A stretch of DNA of 64,000 nucleotides from the IMG/VR virus record IMGVR_UViG_3300025030_000042; one strand, given 5' to 3'. A model generated the notes under the pieces. It was not told where the DNA came from, did no database searches, and was given only the letters and a program-made list of their open reading frames with translations. Position numbers and translations under genes: made by a program. Of this stretch, positions 18,293 to 27,390 are shown one piece after another. The DNA is from a virus. Taxonomy: Duplodnaviria > Caudoviricetes. Position 1 is the stretch's first letter; each line of letters starts with the position of its first letter.

Positions 18293-19269
18293 TATTCTGT
18301 ATATCCAAATCCAGATAAATAATCTTTGCTCATTTCTTCAGAAGAGATGTATTTACTCACTATTCTATTATACAAATAAGAATCCAACACTCTGACTTGT
18401 TCTTGATTTAATAAATCTTCTTCAGTTATATTCATTTGTGTTATATTTGAATCCTTGTTAAAAGCATATTGATTTTTATCGATCGGTTGAACAATACGAA
18501 ACTTGTGTTCAAGCTTTATTTTTCTTGCTATTTTTTTAATCTCTATAGCAGTATTCCTATTTATAAAATCCTGGGCATATAGTTTAATCGTGAAATGTGT
18601 ATAATCACCTTGCTCGTTTTCATATTCTTCTACAGTTGGCAAAGAAATACAAATGATTTGTTTTGTACCAAAAGTATTATCTGCTCTGACTCTACAATAG
18701 AAATATATTTTATTTAATGTCTTTTCCGGCTCATTGTCACAAAAATCAAATGAAGTTCTTATAATATTAAAACCTCGTTTTATATACTTTACTGTATCAA
18801 ACCAATCAATACATCTTAAACTATTGTATCTTTTCTCTGGAACGGGAAGGTTTATTATTTTGTCGTCATCAAAAAGAAATAGGTTATCGTAAGTAATACG
18901 AAATATTCTATGTTTATTAGTTGTGATTTTTAATGTATTATTATCTTCCAGTTCTATTTGATTGATATATTGCGGAACCATTTTTATCATTCCGCTTATT
19001 GAAAGTGTAAATATGATTCTTTCATAAACTTCAAGTTTACTAATCCCAAACTCTACTTCCTCGCCGTTCATATTTTTTAATATGTGTTTTTTATTACGAA
19101 TATTTACATTTTTAGTTAAAACGCTTTTATCAAAGAAATCAAATAGTTGTGGCGGATTATAGTTTGATAAGAGCAATGGAACATTATTCAAGTATGAATA
19201 AATAACCGCACTCAACGAAGAACCGATGACCAAATATTCATAATGATATTGATGTTTCATAAGGGACAT
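18292..19269 (-). CDS. Hypothetical protein with degenerate Rossmann/FAD-binding-like N-terminus
   Basis: YEYLVIGSSLSAVIYS resembles the beta1-GxGxxG-alpha1 fingerprint. Confidence 0.45.
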   Translation of the reverse strand: MSLMKHQYHYEYLVIGSSLSAVIYSYLNNVPLLLSNYNPPQLFDFFDKSVLTKNVNIRNKKHILKNMNGEEVEFGISKLEVYERIIFTLSISGMIKMVPQYINQIELEDNNTLKITTNKHRIFRITYDNLFLFDDDKIINLPVPEKRYNSLRCIDWFDTVKYIKRGFNIIRTSFDFCDNEPEKTLNKIYFYCRVRADNTFGTKQIICISLPTVEEYENEQGDYTHFTIKLYAQDFINRNTAIEIKKIARKIKLEHKFRIVQPIDKNQYAFNKDSNITQMNITEEDLLNQEQVRVLDSYLYNRIVSKYISSEEMSKDYLSGFGYTE

Positions 19270-19955
19270 TATTTACTACATTCAAGCATTTTTTCTAATG
19301 ACACTGGTGCTATTTCTTTTACCAGTGTTTTTAAAGCAACAGCATATTCTTTGATTTCCCACTGTGCGTGTTTATCGTCCCGTAAAACAATAAAGTTTTG
19401 AACAGCTTGTAGTGAAGCTGTCCAATAAAACTCCGTATAAAAAGAAATAGGAATGACTCCTCGCGCTATTTCCTTGGCAACTCCCAAAGAAATAAGTTTT
19501 CTATATGATTCATAAGATTTATTTAAGGATTTTTCATATACACTTTGTGCTTTTTCTGTATCATATATTTCTTCATTTAGAGACGCCTGTTTATTGTTTA
19601 AACTTTGTTTTCTCCAAAATGAAGGAACATAAAACTCATCTTCAAGAACAACATATCTTCCAGATATTTCATTCCAAGCGGTATCCTTAAAAGTATAATC
19701 AGATCCAACGATGTGTTTATACCATTGTCTCGCAACAAACTCGGGACATTTAATATGAAACTGAAATACAGTATGTCTAAATGGACTAAAATGTCTTTCT
19801 TTTGCGAGAAACTCTACAAGATTTTCATCTTTCTTGCTTAAAGTTTTTTTTCGTTTTCCAAACGAAACACGAGCAGAGTTAACAGTGGTTAAATCTCCTC
19901 CAAGTTTATCTACAAGTTCAACAAATCCTTTATCTAAAACATCTATTTTCATCAA
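19269..19955 (-). CDS. thyX: Flavin-dependent thymidylate synthase
   Basis: VNSARVS, HFSPF, ARQW.KH, NEISGRY, AR...P, LR...HAQWEI. Confidence 0.92.
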   Translation of the reverse strand: MMKIDVLDKGFVELVDKLGGDLTTVNSARVSFGKRKKTLSKKDENLVEFLAKERHFSPFRHTVFQFHIKCPEFVARQWYKHIVGSDYTFKDTAWNEISGRYVVLEDEFYVPSFWRKQSLNNKQASLNEEIYDTEKAQSVYEKSLNKSYESYRKLISLGVAKEIARGVIPISFYTEFYWTASLQAVQNFIVLRDDKHAQWEIKEYAVALKTLVKEIAPVSLEKMLECSK

Positions 19956-20374
19956 TATTCCTTTATAATAATGTTTGTTTTATGATCAATAAAGTTCTTA
20001 TTTAACCACTTAGCATCATCAATCAAAACACGGACGCATCCGTGAGATTCGTGTTTTCTAATAATCCTTTTTGTTCCGTGAATGCCAAGTCCTTGTGATG
20101 ATAACTTCATATAATAATACATTCGGGAACCACAAGATTTCTTGTTTTTACATTCCACTGGAAACAAATCCGATCTTCTATTATATCCATATTTTCTAAT
20201 CAGTTTATAAGATCCCGATTTTGTCTTACAGGATAAGCGACGATTTTCTTTACATTTATTTCTGCCGCCAACCGATATTCCTCTTTTGATAATCTGTCCG
20301 TTATTGATTGCCCGCCATTCAAAGTTCTTAAGATCAACTACGATCAGTTTGGCAAACAAAATCGTTGTTAGCAT
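19952..20374 (-). CDS. L,D-transpeptidase (YkuD) family protein
   Basis: GIHG...SHGCVR catalytic motif. Confidence 0.8.
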   Translation of the reverse strand: MLTTILFAKLIVVDLKNFEWRAINNGQIIKRGISVGGRNKCKENRRLSCKTKSGSYKLIRKYGYNRRSDLFPVECKNKKSCGSRMYYYMKLSSQGLGIHGTKRIIRKHESHGCVRVLIDDAKWLNKNFIDHKTNIIIKEY

Positions 20375-20376
20375 TT

Positions 20377-20643
20377 TTAACTTTCTTTATCAAAAAGATA
20401 AAATTTTGCATTTAAACGAGATCCCGTAAAATCATAGTGATTTATTTTTCCCACAGAAGGACTATCTTTCCTTGTTGAAGAAATCATATATACACTCCAA
20501 AGAGGATATTCGATAGATTTAGTAGTTTTTTTTACAACTAATCCAATCCATTCGCCATCATTTAATGAACTTATATGTGTATATGTCATTTTCCATTTAA
20601 ATAAATCCCCAACCTTCAAAGAAGAAGGTTCAATTTCTTTCAT
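20377..20643 (-). CDS. Small KVGDL-family protein
   Basis: LKVGDLFKW...IGLVVKK...WSVYM. Likely start 20643. Confidence 0.65.
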   Translation of the reverse strand: MKEIEPSSLKVGDLFKWKMTYTHISSLNDGEWIGLVVKKTTKSIEYPLWSVYMISSTRKDSPSVGKINHYDFTGSRLNAKFYLFDKES

Positions 20644-20936
20644 TCTACGACTCCGATTACATAATTTTCCGGAATTACACAAAAAAGATAATCTCCTACA
20701 ATAACTTCTTCAATACCGATCGTTTGAACAACAATCTTTTCTCCCTCTTTCAGATCCAAACCAGTGTTTAGAGAAACACCTCTTACAAAACAAAGAGTTG
20801 TTTTATCAATGGCGAGTTGAGGTTTTTCATTGGCATACTCAAAATCAAAACCCATAAGATCGCCACTTTTAATCTTTTTTGTTTCTTTCAAAATCTTTTC
20901 AATCAAAACATATCTATTGACTGGTCGGAAGTTCAT
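20640..20936 (-). CDS. GroES-like co-chaperonin
   Basis: MNFRPVNRYVLIE...SG...LKEGEKIVV...IPENYVIGVVE follows the GroES pattern. Confidence 0.6.
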   Translation of the reverse strand: MNFRPVNRYVLIEKILKETKKIKSGDLMGFDFEYANEKPQLAIDKTTLCFVRGVSLNTGLDLKEGEKIVVQTIGIEEVIVGDYLFCVIPENYVIGVVE

Positions 20937-20937
20937 C

Positions 20938-21207
20938 TTATTTAACCCTCTTTCCGCAACAACATTCGCCACAATTACAACCCACATCTTCTGTAGAAGA
21001 GATTACTTCGGAAAATGCTTTACGATACTTTCTTGATTCTTCCGCAAGTCCTTGAAGATCCTCGTCTTTTAGTTTTGGTGGTGGCGGTAGAGAACCAGAG
21101 ATTTCGGTTTGAACATCATCTTGTTTACTTCCAAACATTCTTTCCCAATTTTTTTGATAAAGTTTACTACCATAAAACTCTGTAAATGATTTATTCGAGT
21201 ATTTCAT
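20938..21207 (-). CDS. Hypothetical protein
   Basis: 89-aa ORF in operon, C-terminal Cys cluster. Confidence 0.6.
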   Translation of the reverse strand: MKYSNKSFTEFYGSKLYQKNWERMFGSKQDDVQTEISGSLPPPPKLKDEDLQGLAEESRKYRKAFSEVISSTEDVGCNCGECCCGKRVK

Positions 21208-21449
21208 TTATTATAACCCTCGATCGTCAATAGGTGTTCAAACTTCTTAAACTCATCCAAAAAAAAGATATTCCACAATCTCTTTTGACATCTGGCACAA
21301 TAAAAACCAACTGATACATTGTTTCCGATCGATGATTCAATACCGCCAGTCAACAAGAAAATATGATTTTGTTTGCCCGAATCAGATTCAGGACAATATT
21401 CCCGTTGTAAGTGTTTAGGCAATAAATGATTTAGTTTCGTTTGTTTCAT
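21204..21449 (-). CDS. Hypothetical zinc-binding protein
   Basis: CP...H and CARC motifs. Confidence 0.6.
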   Translation of the reverse strand: MKQTKLNHLLPKHLQREYCPESDSGKQNHIFLLTGGIESSIGNNVSVGFYCARCQKRLWNIFFLDEFKKFEHLLTIEGYNK

Positions 21450-21464
21450 ACAGATAACCCGTCT

Positions 21465-21758
21465 TTACGCAACCATATTCACTTTTTCTTTTACGAGTTC
21501 TTCGATCTCTTCGATCGTTTGTTCAGAAGCGTTTTCTTGATCTAGAGATAACTTCAATTTTACGAGACGAATAACCTTTCCGAGCAACTTATGATTAATA
21601 CGATCCGCAAACTCTTCTTTGAGTTGCTTTGTATCTTCCTTGAGAACATTTGCTTCGCGTTGGATTTCAAAAAATCGCTTTACAAACTCTTCTACTGCTT
21701 GTTGATCGTAAGGAATGTCCTTCTTGGGACGACCACGACCGCGTTTTTGTTCTTCCAT
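21465..21758 (-). CDS. Small DNA-binding protein (AT-hook plus GapR/DsbA-like helices)
   Basis: RGRGRPKK AT-hook and EIQREANVLKEDTKQLKEE coiled coil. Confidence 0.55.
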   Translation of the reverse strand: MEEQKRGRGRPKKDIPYDQQAVEEFVKRFFEIQREANVLKEDTKQLKEEFADRINHKLLGKVIRLVKLKLSLDQENASEQTIEEIEELVKEKVNMVA

Positions 21759-21759
21759 T

Positions 21760-22017
21760 TTATGCTCCTTGTTTTACGAATTTGTAAAATCTAAATTCAG
21801 CATTACCATTATATTCCGAATACATTTCTTTACACATTATTGGACCTTGATCATATAAAAAATGTAAATATCTGAAATCATCGATATCTTTTTCAATAAC
21901 GATTGACCACCAAAACCAATCATCGTGTTTTGAAGAAATCACATAGATCATATCGCCGATTTCCACATCATCGGCGGAAGACACGAGCAACCACTTGCCG
22001 GGTGGCAGTTTCACCAT
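21760..22017 (-). CDS. Small KVGDL-family-like protein
   Basis: VEIGDMIYV. Promoter directly upstream. Confidence 0.55.
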   Translation of the reverse strand: MVKLPPGKWLLVSSADDVEIGDMIYVISSKHDDWFWWSIVIEKDIDDFRYLHFLYDQGPIMCKEMYSEYNGNAEFRFYKFVKQGA

Positions 22018-22023
22018 ATTTAG

Positions 22024-22052
22024 AGAATAGCAGAGAGAGGTGGTGGTGTCAA
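22024..22052 (-). promoter_or_regulatory. Sigma70-type promoter TTGACA-N17-TATTCT (TGn extended)
   Basis: The -10 ends 6 nt before ATG 22017, consistent with a leaderless mRNA. Confidence 0.65.
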
Positions 22053-22070
22053 GAAGAAAAAACTAAAGGG

Positions 22071-25000
22071 TTATGAGCACTTACTATATCCACAATGTAT
22101 ACAAGAAACACACCCCTCTTTGTAGTTGAGAGCATCTTCTTGCTTACATTCTGGGCAAACTTTATCTCCCTCTGGTTTTTCTCCGTCTAAAATATATGTT
22201 TTTAACACTCTCGCAATACAGCGAGAAAACGAAAACATATCACTATCTTTGTCCTTTTGAAGTTGTTCTACAATATAGTTTATCTTAGCTCCGTGTCGTA
22301 AACCCAAAGAAATCATTCGAGTTAATGCGGAATGATTTGGATTATCAAAAATCTCAATAACATCTTTGATAACAATCTCGCTACCGTTCTCTCCAATTCT
22401 TAAATCATAAACATTTTTTTTAGTTTTATATTTTCGTTTTTCCAAAGATGCTTTTTTATAAGATTTGGGAACTTCAATATATTTCGATAACCCCCCAATA
22501 ACTTCATATGGTTTATCTTCCATAAGACCAACAGCAATCGTCCAGTTTTCTCCTTTAAACTTCATTTGATGAATATCGCATAAAAGTTTATCTGGTCTTT
22601 TGGGGGCGTTATATTGAGGAAATATTTCATTTACATTTTGTTTTTTTTCATTATTTGCAATAAGGACTCCAGAGCGTGAACCGTCTACATAAACAGTAAT
22701 ACCCTTTAAACCCTTTTTCCACGCTCTTTTATACAAACTTCCAACAACTTCAGAAGTTGTTCCTTTTGGAAGATTTATTGTTGAAGAAATACTATGATCA
22801 ATATTTTGCTGAATAACCGATTGTATATCAACTCTTTTTTCCCAATCTATTTGATCGCTTTCAATAAAATAATCTGGCATTTTATCTGTACCAAAGAGTG
22901 TTAAATATTCTTTAACATTATGATGATAAACTTTATATTCTTTCCACTTATCTCCAACATCATCTATAAAATCAGCCCTTTCGCTTTTTTCATTATGGTT
23001 TAGTTTCCTTCTACGAATATAATGATTTCTAAATACTGGCTCAATACCAGAACTTGTTTGGCTGATAACAGATACGGTGCCAGTAGGAGCATTAGTCAGT
23101 AAAGAAATATTTCTTCTACCTCTTTTTTGAATATCTTTTTGTATTTTTTCAGGAAGTCTTTTAATGAAAAAATTATTTTTTTCTTTTTCCCAATCGAACA
23201 ATGGAAAACTGCCCCTTTGTTCCGAAAGATTTACACTTTCTCCATAAGCATTATTTCTTAGTATTTCATATATTTTTCCAATAATATCTAATGATTCATT
23301 AGAATCATATTTCATTTCTAAACAGGCAATACAATCTGCTAATCCGTGAGTTCCGAGTCCTATTCGTCTTCCAGTCTTACAAGCGTTTAAAAGTTTATTC
23401 CATAACACTTTTTCGCTTTCTTCATCTACAATATTCAATATTTTTTCAAGTTTTTCTATTTCCAAATCAACTAAATCATCTGAGAGTCGAGTAGCGATTT
23501 TAACAACTTCAGAAAATTTATTAAAATCAAAAAAAGCATCTTTGGAGAACTTATTAGATACAAAATGTTTTAGATTTATTGAAATCAATCGACAGGAATC
23601 ATATTCTGACAGTGGAAGTTCAGAACAGTTTGAAACAAGTAGTCCACCAGTCCAATATGTATGTTCTTCATCGTCAACCGATATATCATAAACTTCTTGT
23701 TTCCCTAAAGATATTATTTCTTTTATTTCATAAGTTATTTTCTGCTTATTAATGTTAGATCTATATCCCAAACATATATCATCTAGTTTTTTTGATTTAT
23801 ATGGTTGTATAAACCCAATCATTTCTCTAAATTTTCTTCTATCAACAGTTATATTTAAATCATAACTTTGACGACACTCATAAACTCCATTTGAAAACTC
23901 TACGCATTTTGATTTATTTGTAGTATAATAAGAAGAAATGCCAATAGAAGAAAGCATTTGTTGAACTTCTCTAATAATCCTGAAACTTGATGCTTTTAAT
24001 GTAATGCGCGTAGAAACAACAGATCCATTTGCCGAATACAAACCTCTTAAAAATCCAACAACTTTATTATAATCACCTTTTAAAAATCTTTCAGGAATAT
24101 ATCTATCGTAAGTTTTTGGAAGTTCTGTAGCTATTATAGTAGTTTTAACTTCCCATCCATAATCAAAAGCCTCCCTTCTATCTTTTAAAATTAAAGAAGA
24201 TATTTCAGAAGTAAAATAATCTTGATCATCTTTTCCAATACATAAATATACCGATAAATCATTAGATGCTTTATGAACAGTTCCGTCTCCAACAATCATT
24301 CCATCCATTATGTCTTGTATATTAATATTACTAGAAGATATCAGTCCGCCTTTACAAATATCAATAGCATAAGCATTTTTAACTTCTATTTTCTCTCCTT
24401 CGCACATTACACGATGATTTTCTGTTCCAATAAAACTTCCAGCAGTCGTTGAATAATCAAAAACTTCTTTAACTCCTGTTTTCCATTTTTTCGTTATTTT
24501 GGTCCACCGCTTCCCCGACCAAACAAAATCACCCTCGCTAACTTCTCCGATCGTTGAAATACCATTTGAAGTTAAAACAGTTGCCCAAGAAGGCTGGCAG
24601 GGATTGACAGAGACGGATCTAAACGATTCATAACATTCCGCCGGAAGATTATTTCTTACATTGTCCCACATGATCAACCCGGGTTCTGCTGTATATGTAG
24701 CCGATTTTACAATCAAATCCCATAAAGTTTTTGCTTTTATTATTTTTGAAACTTTAGGATTATTTGAATCAATCGGAAACTTAAGTTCAAAATTCCCATC
24801 CTTCTCCACTGCTTTCATAAACTCGTCAGATATTTTAACAGAGACATTTGCTCCCGTAGTTTTTTTTAAATCTTGTTTCATTACAACAAATTTTTCAACA
24901 TCTGGATGTCTTACATCCATTGAAATCATTAAAGCTCCACGACGATTATTTTGTCCAACCATTCTACAAACATATGAATAAAAATCAGAAAAACTCCAAG

Positions 25001-25466
25001 CTCCAGTAGTAGTTCCAGCAGAGTTATTCACTCCACAACCATCTGGACGAAGAGTAGAAATATCTATTCCAACTCCACAACGACGCTTAAAAAGATTAGC
25101 AAGTTCCTTCCCTTTGTCAATAATAGAAGACATATTATCTTCTGGAGATGCGATTACAACACAGTTGCTTAATGATACATTTGCGTAATCATTTCCTATT
25201 CCATACATTGGACTACCTTGAGGAATAATATTTTTAAATCCCTTTAATAATTCATAAATTTCTTCTTCGCTCATAGAATTTGGATATTTTTTTTCTATTC
25301 TCGCAAATTCTTTTGCCAATCTTCTATGCATATCATCGGGAGTCTTTTCTAAAAGATTTCCTTCTTTATCTTTTAAAGCATATTTTTTAATCCACACATC
25401 TGTCGCAAGTTCATCGCCATTAAAATATTCAAGTGTAGATTTATACACCTCTTCTTTGCTATACAT
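22071..25466 (-). CDS. nrdJ: Class II (B12-dependent) ribonucleotide reductase containing an intein
   Basis: SNC, GVGID, RRGALM, NP|CSELPL reconstituted across the intein, APTGT, KGITVYVDGSR, C-terminal TSCPD-like domain and zinc ribbon. No nrdB in the window. Confidence 0.88.
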   Translation of the reverse strand: MYSKEEVYKSTLEYFNGDELATDVWIKKYALKDKEGNLLEKTPDDMHRRLAKEFARIEKKYPNSMSEEEIYELLKGFKNIIPQGSPMYGIGNDYANVSLSNCVVIASPEDNMSSIIDKGKELANLFKRRCGVGIDISTLRPDGCGVNNSAGTTTGAWSFSDFYSYVCRMVGQNNRRGALMISMDVRHPDVEKFVVMKQDLKKTTGANVSVKISDEFMKAVEKDGNFELKFPIDSNNPKVSKIIKAKTLWDLIVKSATYTAEPGLIMWDNVRNNLPAECYESFRSVSVNPCQPSWATVLTSNGISTIGEVSEGDFVWSGKRWTKITKKWKTGVKEVFDYSTTAGSFIGTENHRVMCEGEKIEVKNAYAIDICKGGLISSSNINIQDIMDGMIVGDGTVHKASNDLSVYLCIGKDDQDYFTSEISSLILKDRREAFDYGWEVKTTIIATELPKTYDRYIPERFLKGDYNKVVGFLRGLYSANGSVVSTRITLKASSFRIIREVQQMLSSIGISSYYTTNKSKCVEFSNGVYECRQSYDLNITVDRRKFREMIGFIQPYKSKKLDDICLGYRSNINKQKITYEIKEIISLGKQEVYDISVDDEEHTYWTGGLLVSNCSELPLSEYDSCRLISINLKHFVSNKFSKDAFFDFNKFSEVVKIATRLSDDLVDLEIEKLEKILNIVDEESEKVLWNKLLNACKTGRRIGLGTHGLADCIACLEMKYDSNESLDIIGKIYEILRNNAYGESVNLSEQRGSFPLFDWEKEKNNFFIKRLPEKIQKDIQKRGRRNISLLTNAPTGTVSVISQTSSGIEPVFRNHYIRRRKLNHNEKSERADFIDDVGDKWKEYKVYHHNVKEYLTLFGTDKMPDYFIESDQIDWEKRVDIQSVIQQNIDHSISSTINLPKGTTSEVVGSLYKRAWKKGLKGITVYVDGSRSGVLIANNEKKQNVNEIFPQYNAPKRPDKLLCDIHQMKFKGENWTIAVGLMEDKPYEVIGGLSKYIEVPKSYKKASLEKRKYKTKKNVYDLRIGENGSEIVIKDVIEIFDNPNHSALTRMISLGLRHGAKINYIVEQLQKDKDSDMFSFSRCIARVLKTYILDGEKPEGDKVCPECKQEDALNYKEGCVSCIHCGYSKCS
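23628..24599 (-). mobile_element. Cis intein (324 aa) with LAGLIDADG homing endonuclease, at the RNR thiyl-radical Cys
   Basis: Starts CQPSWATVLT, block B GTENH, LAGLIDADG-like DGMIVGDG and RGLYSANG, block F VYDISV, ends VSN|C. Confidence 0.92.
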
Positions 25467-26829
25467 TTTTCTTTTCCTTTATATTCCTTAAATGTTCTTT
25501 ATATTTTTCTTTAACATCCTTATCTTCTTTCGTTTCAATATTGTTTCCCAAAATCTTTATCGTTGATGTCGCCGTATCCATAAAAATAGGAAATACAATG
25601 CCATCCGGACCATTACGATTCTTTGCTATAAATAATCTTCCTGTATTTGAGTTTTTGTCTTCGGTAGATCTCGACAATGAAATGACGAAATCAGCAACAA
25701 ATGTTTTGGCAAAACTTTCAGCAATACCATCTAATCCAATCACTTCGGAGTTAAAATTGTTTCTATTAGCTTGACTCGCAGTTATTAGTGAGCAATCATA
25801 CTCTTGAGCAATAGCGCGCAGGTCTTCAAATATTGCTTCAAGATCTAATCTTTTTTCCTTATAAATAGATATTGATTTAAGTAAATCTCCATAATCAACA
25901 AGAATCATATCCGGATTTATATCATTTTGTCTTAGTTTTTCCAAATGATTCCGCAATGTTATAACCGAAGCAGATTTTGTTGGATATTCTTTTATTATAA
26001 GTTTTCCCGGAACATCTTTGACCATTTCAAAGACTTGATCTTTAAAGCGATGAAGTTCATTTATGGAAAATCCAGTTATACAAGAATCAAAACGAGAAGC
26101 TACTAAAGTATCGGCAAGTTCAAGCGTATAATAAACGACCGTTTTGCCCGCTTTGATCGCCTGCGCTCCAAGAAAAACCATCAGTTGACTTTTACCGGTT
26201 CCACTTGTAGCGATTATTATTGATAGTTCCCTTTTTCCCATACCACCCTTACAAATGCTATCTATTGCTTCCCATCCGGTAGAAATCGGTGCTCTGGATT
26301 TTATTTCAAATCTCTTTTCAAAATCCTCAATATAATCATATCCAAAATCGTTATTTTCGCCCTTTTTAAGAGCATTATTGATTGTTGTGCTTATTTCATC
26401 AAAAGAACATTTGTTTAATAAGTCTACCGATTCAAGTATCGCTTTTTTAAGAACTTGTTTGCGACAGAAATCAAGAGATTTATCTTTTATATATTCTTGA
26501 TCTCCGACATTATTGTAGTCTTCCGTAGAAAACGATTTCGCAAAAAAGGAACGAATCTGTTCTTGAACCAAATCATTTTCATCATTCAAATCGGTTCTTA
26601 TAACCGCTTTCATAATATTGATCGAAGGGTGTATCTTATATTCAGTTTTGTAATCAAATACCTTTCTCGTAAAAACTTGAAGGTATTTCTGTTCAAAATA
26701 CATTGGCTCAAGAACTTCTTGTATTTGATTACAAAAAGATCGATCCAATAAAATGAGTCTTGCTAAATTTTCTTGAAATGATTTACCGAAGATAGAAAGG
26801 TTGGCGGTTTCATTATTTTTATTTGACAT
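25459..26829 (-). CDS. dnaB: Replicative DnaB/gp41-like helicase
   Basis: ATSGTGKS Walker A, YTLEL, VDYGDLL, TASQANR, KNRNGPDG. Confidence 0.92.
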   Translation of the reverse strand: MSNKNNETANLSIFGKSFQENLARLILLDRSFCNQIQEVLEPMYFEQKYLQVFTRKVFDYKTEYKIHPSINIMKAVIRTDLNDENDLVQEQIRSFFAKSFSTEDYNNVGDQEYIKDKSLDFCRKQVLKKAILESVDLLNKCSFDEISTTINNALKKGENNDFGYDYIEDFEKRFEIKSRAPISTGWEAIDSICKGGMGKRELSIIIATSGTGKSQLMVFLGAQAIKAGKTVVYYTLELADTLVASRFDSCITGFSINELHRFKDQVFEMVKDVPGKLIIKEYPTKSASVITLRNHLEKLRQNDINPDMILVDYGDLLKSISIYKEKRLDLEAIFEDLRAIAQEYDCSLITASQANRNNFNSEVIGLDGIAESFAKTFVADFVISLSRSTEDKNSNTGRLFIAKNRNGPDGIVFPIFMDTATSTIKILGNNIETKEDKDVKEKYKEHLRNIKEKKNV

Positions 26830-27019
26830 TTTCCTCCTTGATTAAGAGTTTAATAATAGAAAATGAAGTTTCCAAAAAAAGTTTTCGTTCTTTCGTCCAA
26901 TAAACTGTATAAAAATATCCATTACCCATAATCTTTAAAACTATCCCGATACCAAAATGAGTGCTTAAAGACGGATTAAACTCTACCAAATCTCCGACCT
27001 TAAAATAATTTTTGTTCAT
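26819..27019 (-). CDS. Small KVGDL-family protein
   Basis: FKVGDLVEF...IGIVLKI...YTVYW. Confidence 0.7.
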   Translation of the reverse strand: MNKNYFKVGDLVEFNPSLSTHFGIGIVLKIMGNGYFYTVYWTKERKLFLETSFSIIKLLIKEENVK

Positions 27020-27221
27020 CGTGCCGAACAATCTTCCATTCTGGAATATAATATTTAAACATTTTATTTAGTTTAATCCAGAATATCTGATATTCTTCAA
27101 ACTTTTCTTCAAAATTATATCGTTTATTTATGATTACTCCATAATCGCCATATTGATTTAATGGAGGATATTTCCAAGTAATAAGTTCTCCGACTTTAAA
27201 TACTTCATCATTCCGGTTCAT
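27000..27221 (-). CDS. Small KVGDL-family protein
   Basis: FKVGELITW...YGVIINK...YQIFW. Confidence 0.7.
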   Translation of the reverse strand: MNRNDEVFKVGELITWKYPPLNQYGDYGVIINKRYNFEEKFEEYQIFWIKLNKMFKYYIPEWKIVRHDEQKLF

Positions 27222-27390
27222 AAAATTCATCATAACTTCTTACTTGATCCGGGCATACCATATTATCGGAGTTACTCCAAATCATATATTCTCCCCATTT
27301 TTCATCGTTATTGGTATATCCAAGAATAATATTAAATGTTTTGTTCTTTTTATCTATTATCAATGTTCCTATTTTAAGAAGATCTTTCAT
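27208..27390 (-). CDS. Small KVGDL-family protein
   Basis: LKIGTLII...IILG...YMIW. Confidence 0.6.
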   Translation of the reverse strand: MKDLLKIGTLIIDKKNKTFNIILGYTNNDEKWGEYMIWSNSDNMVCPDQVRSYDEFYEPE

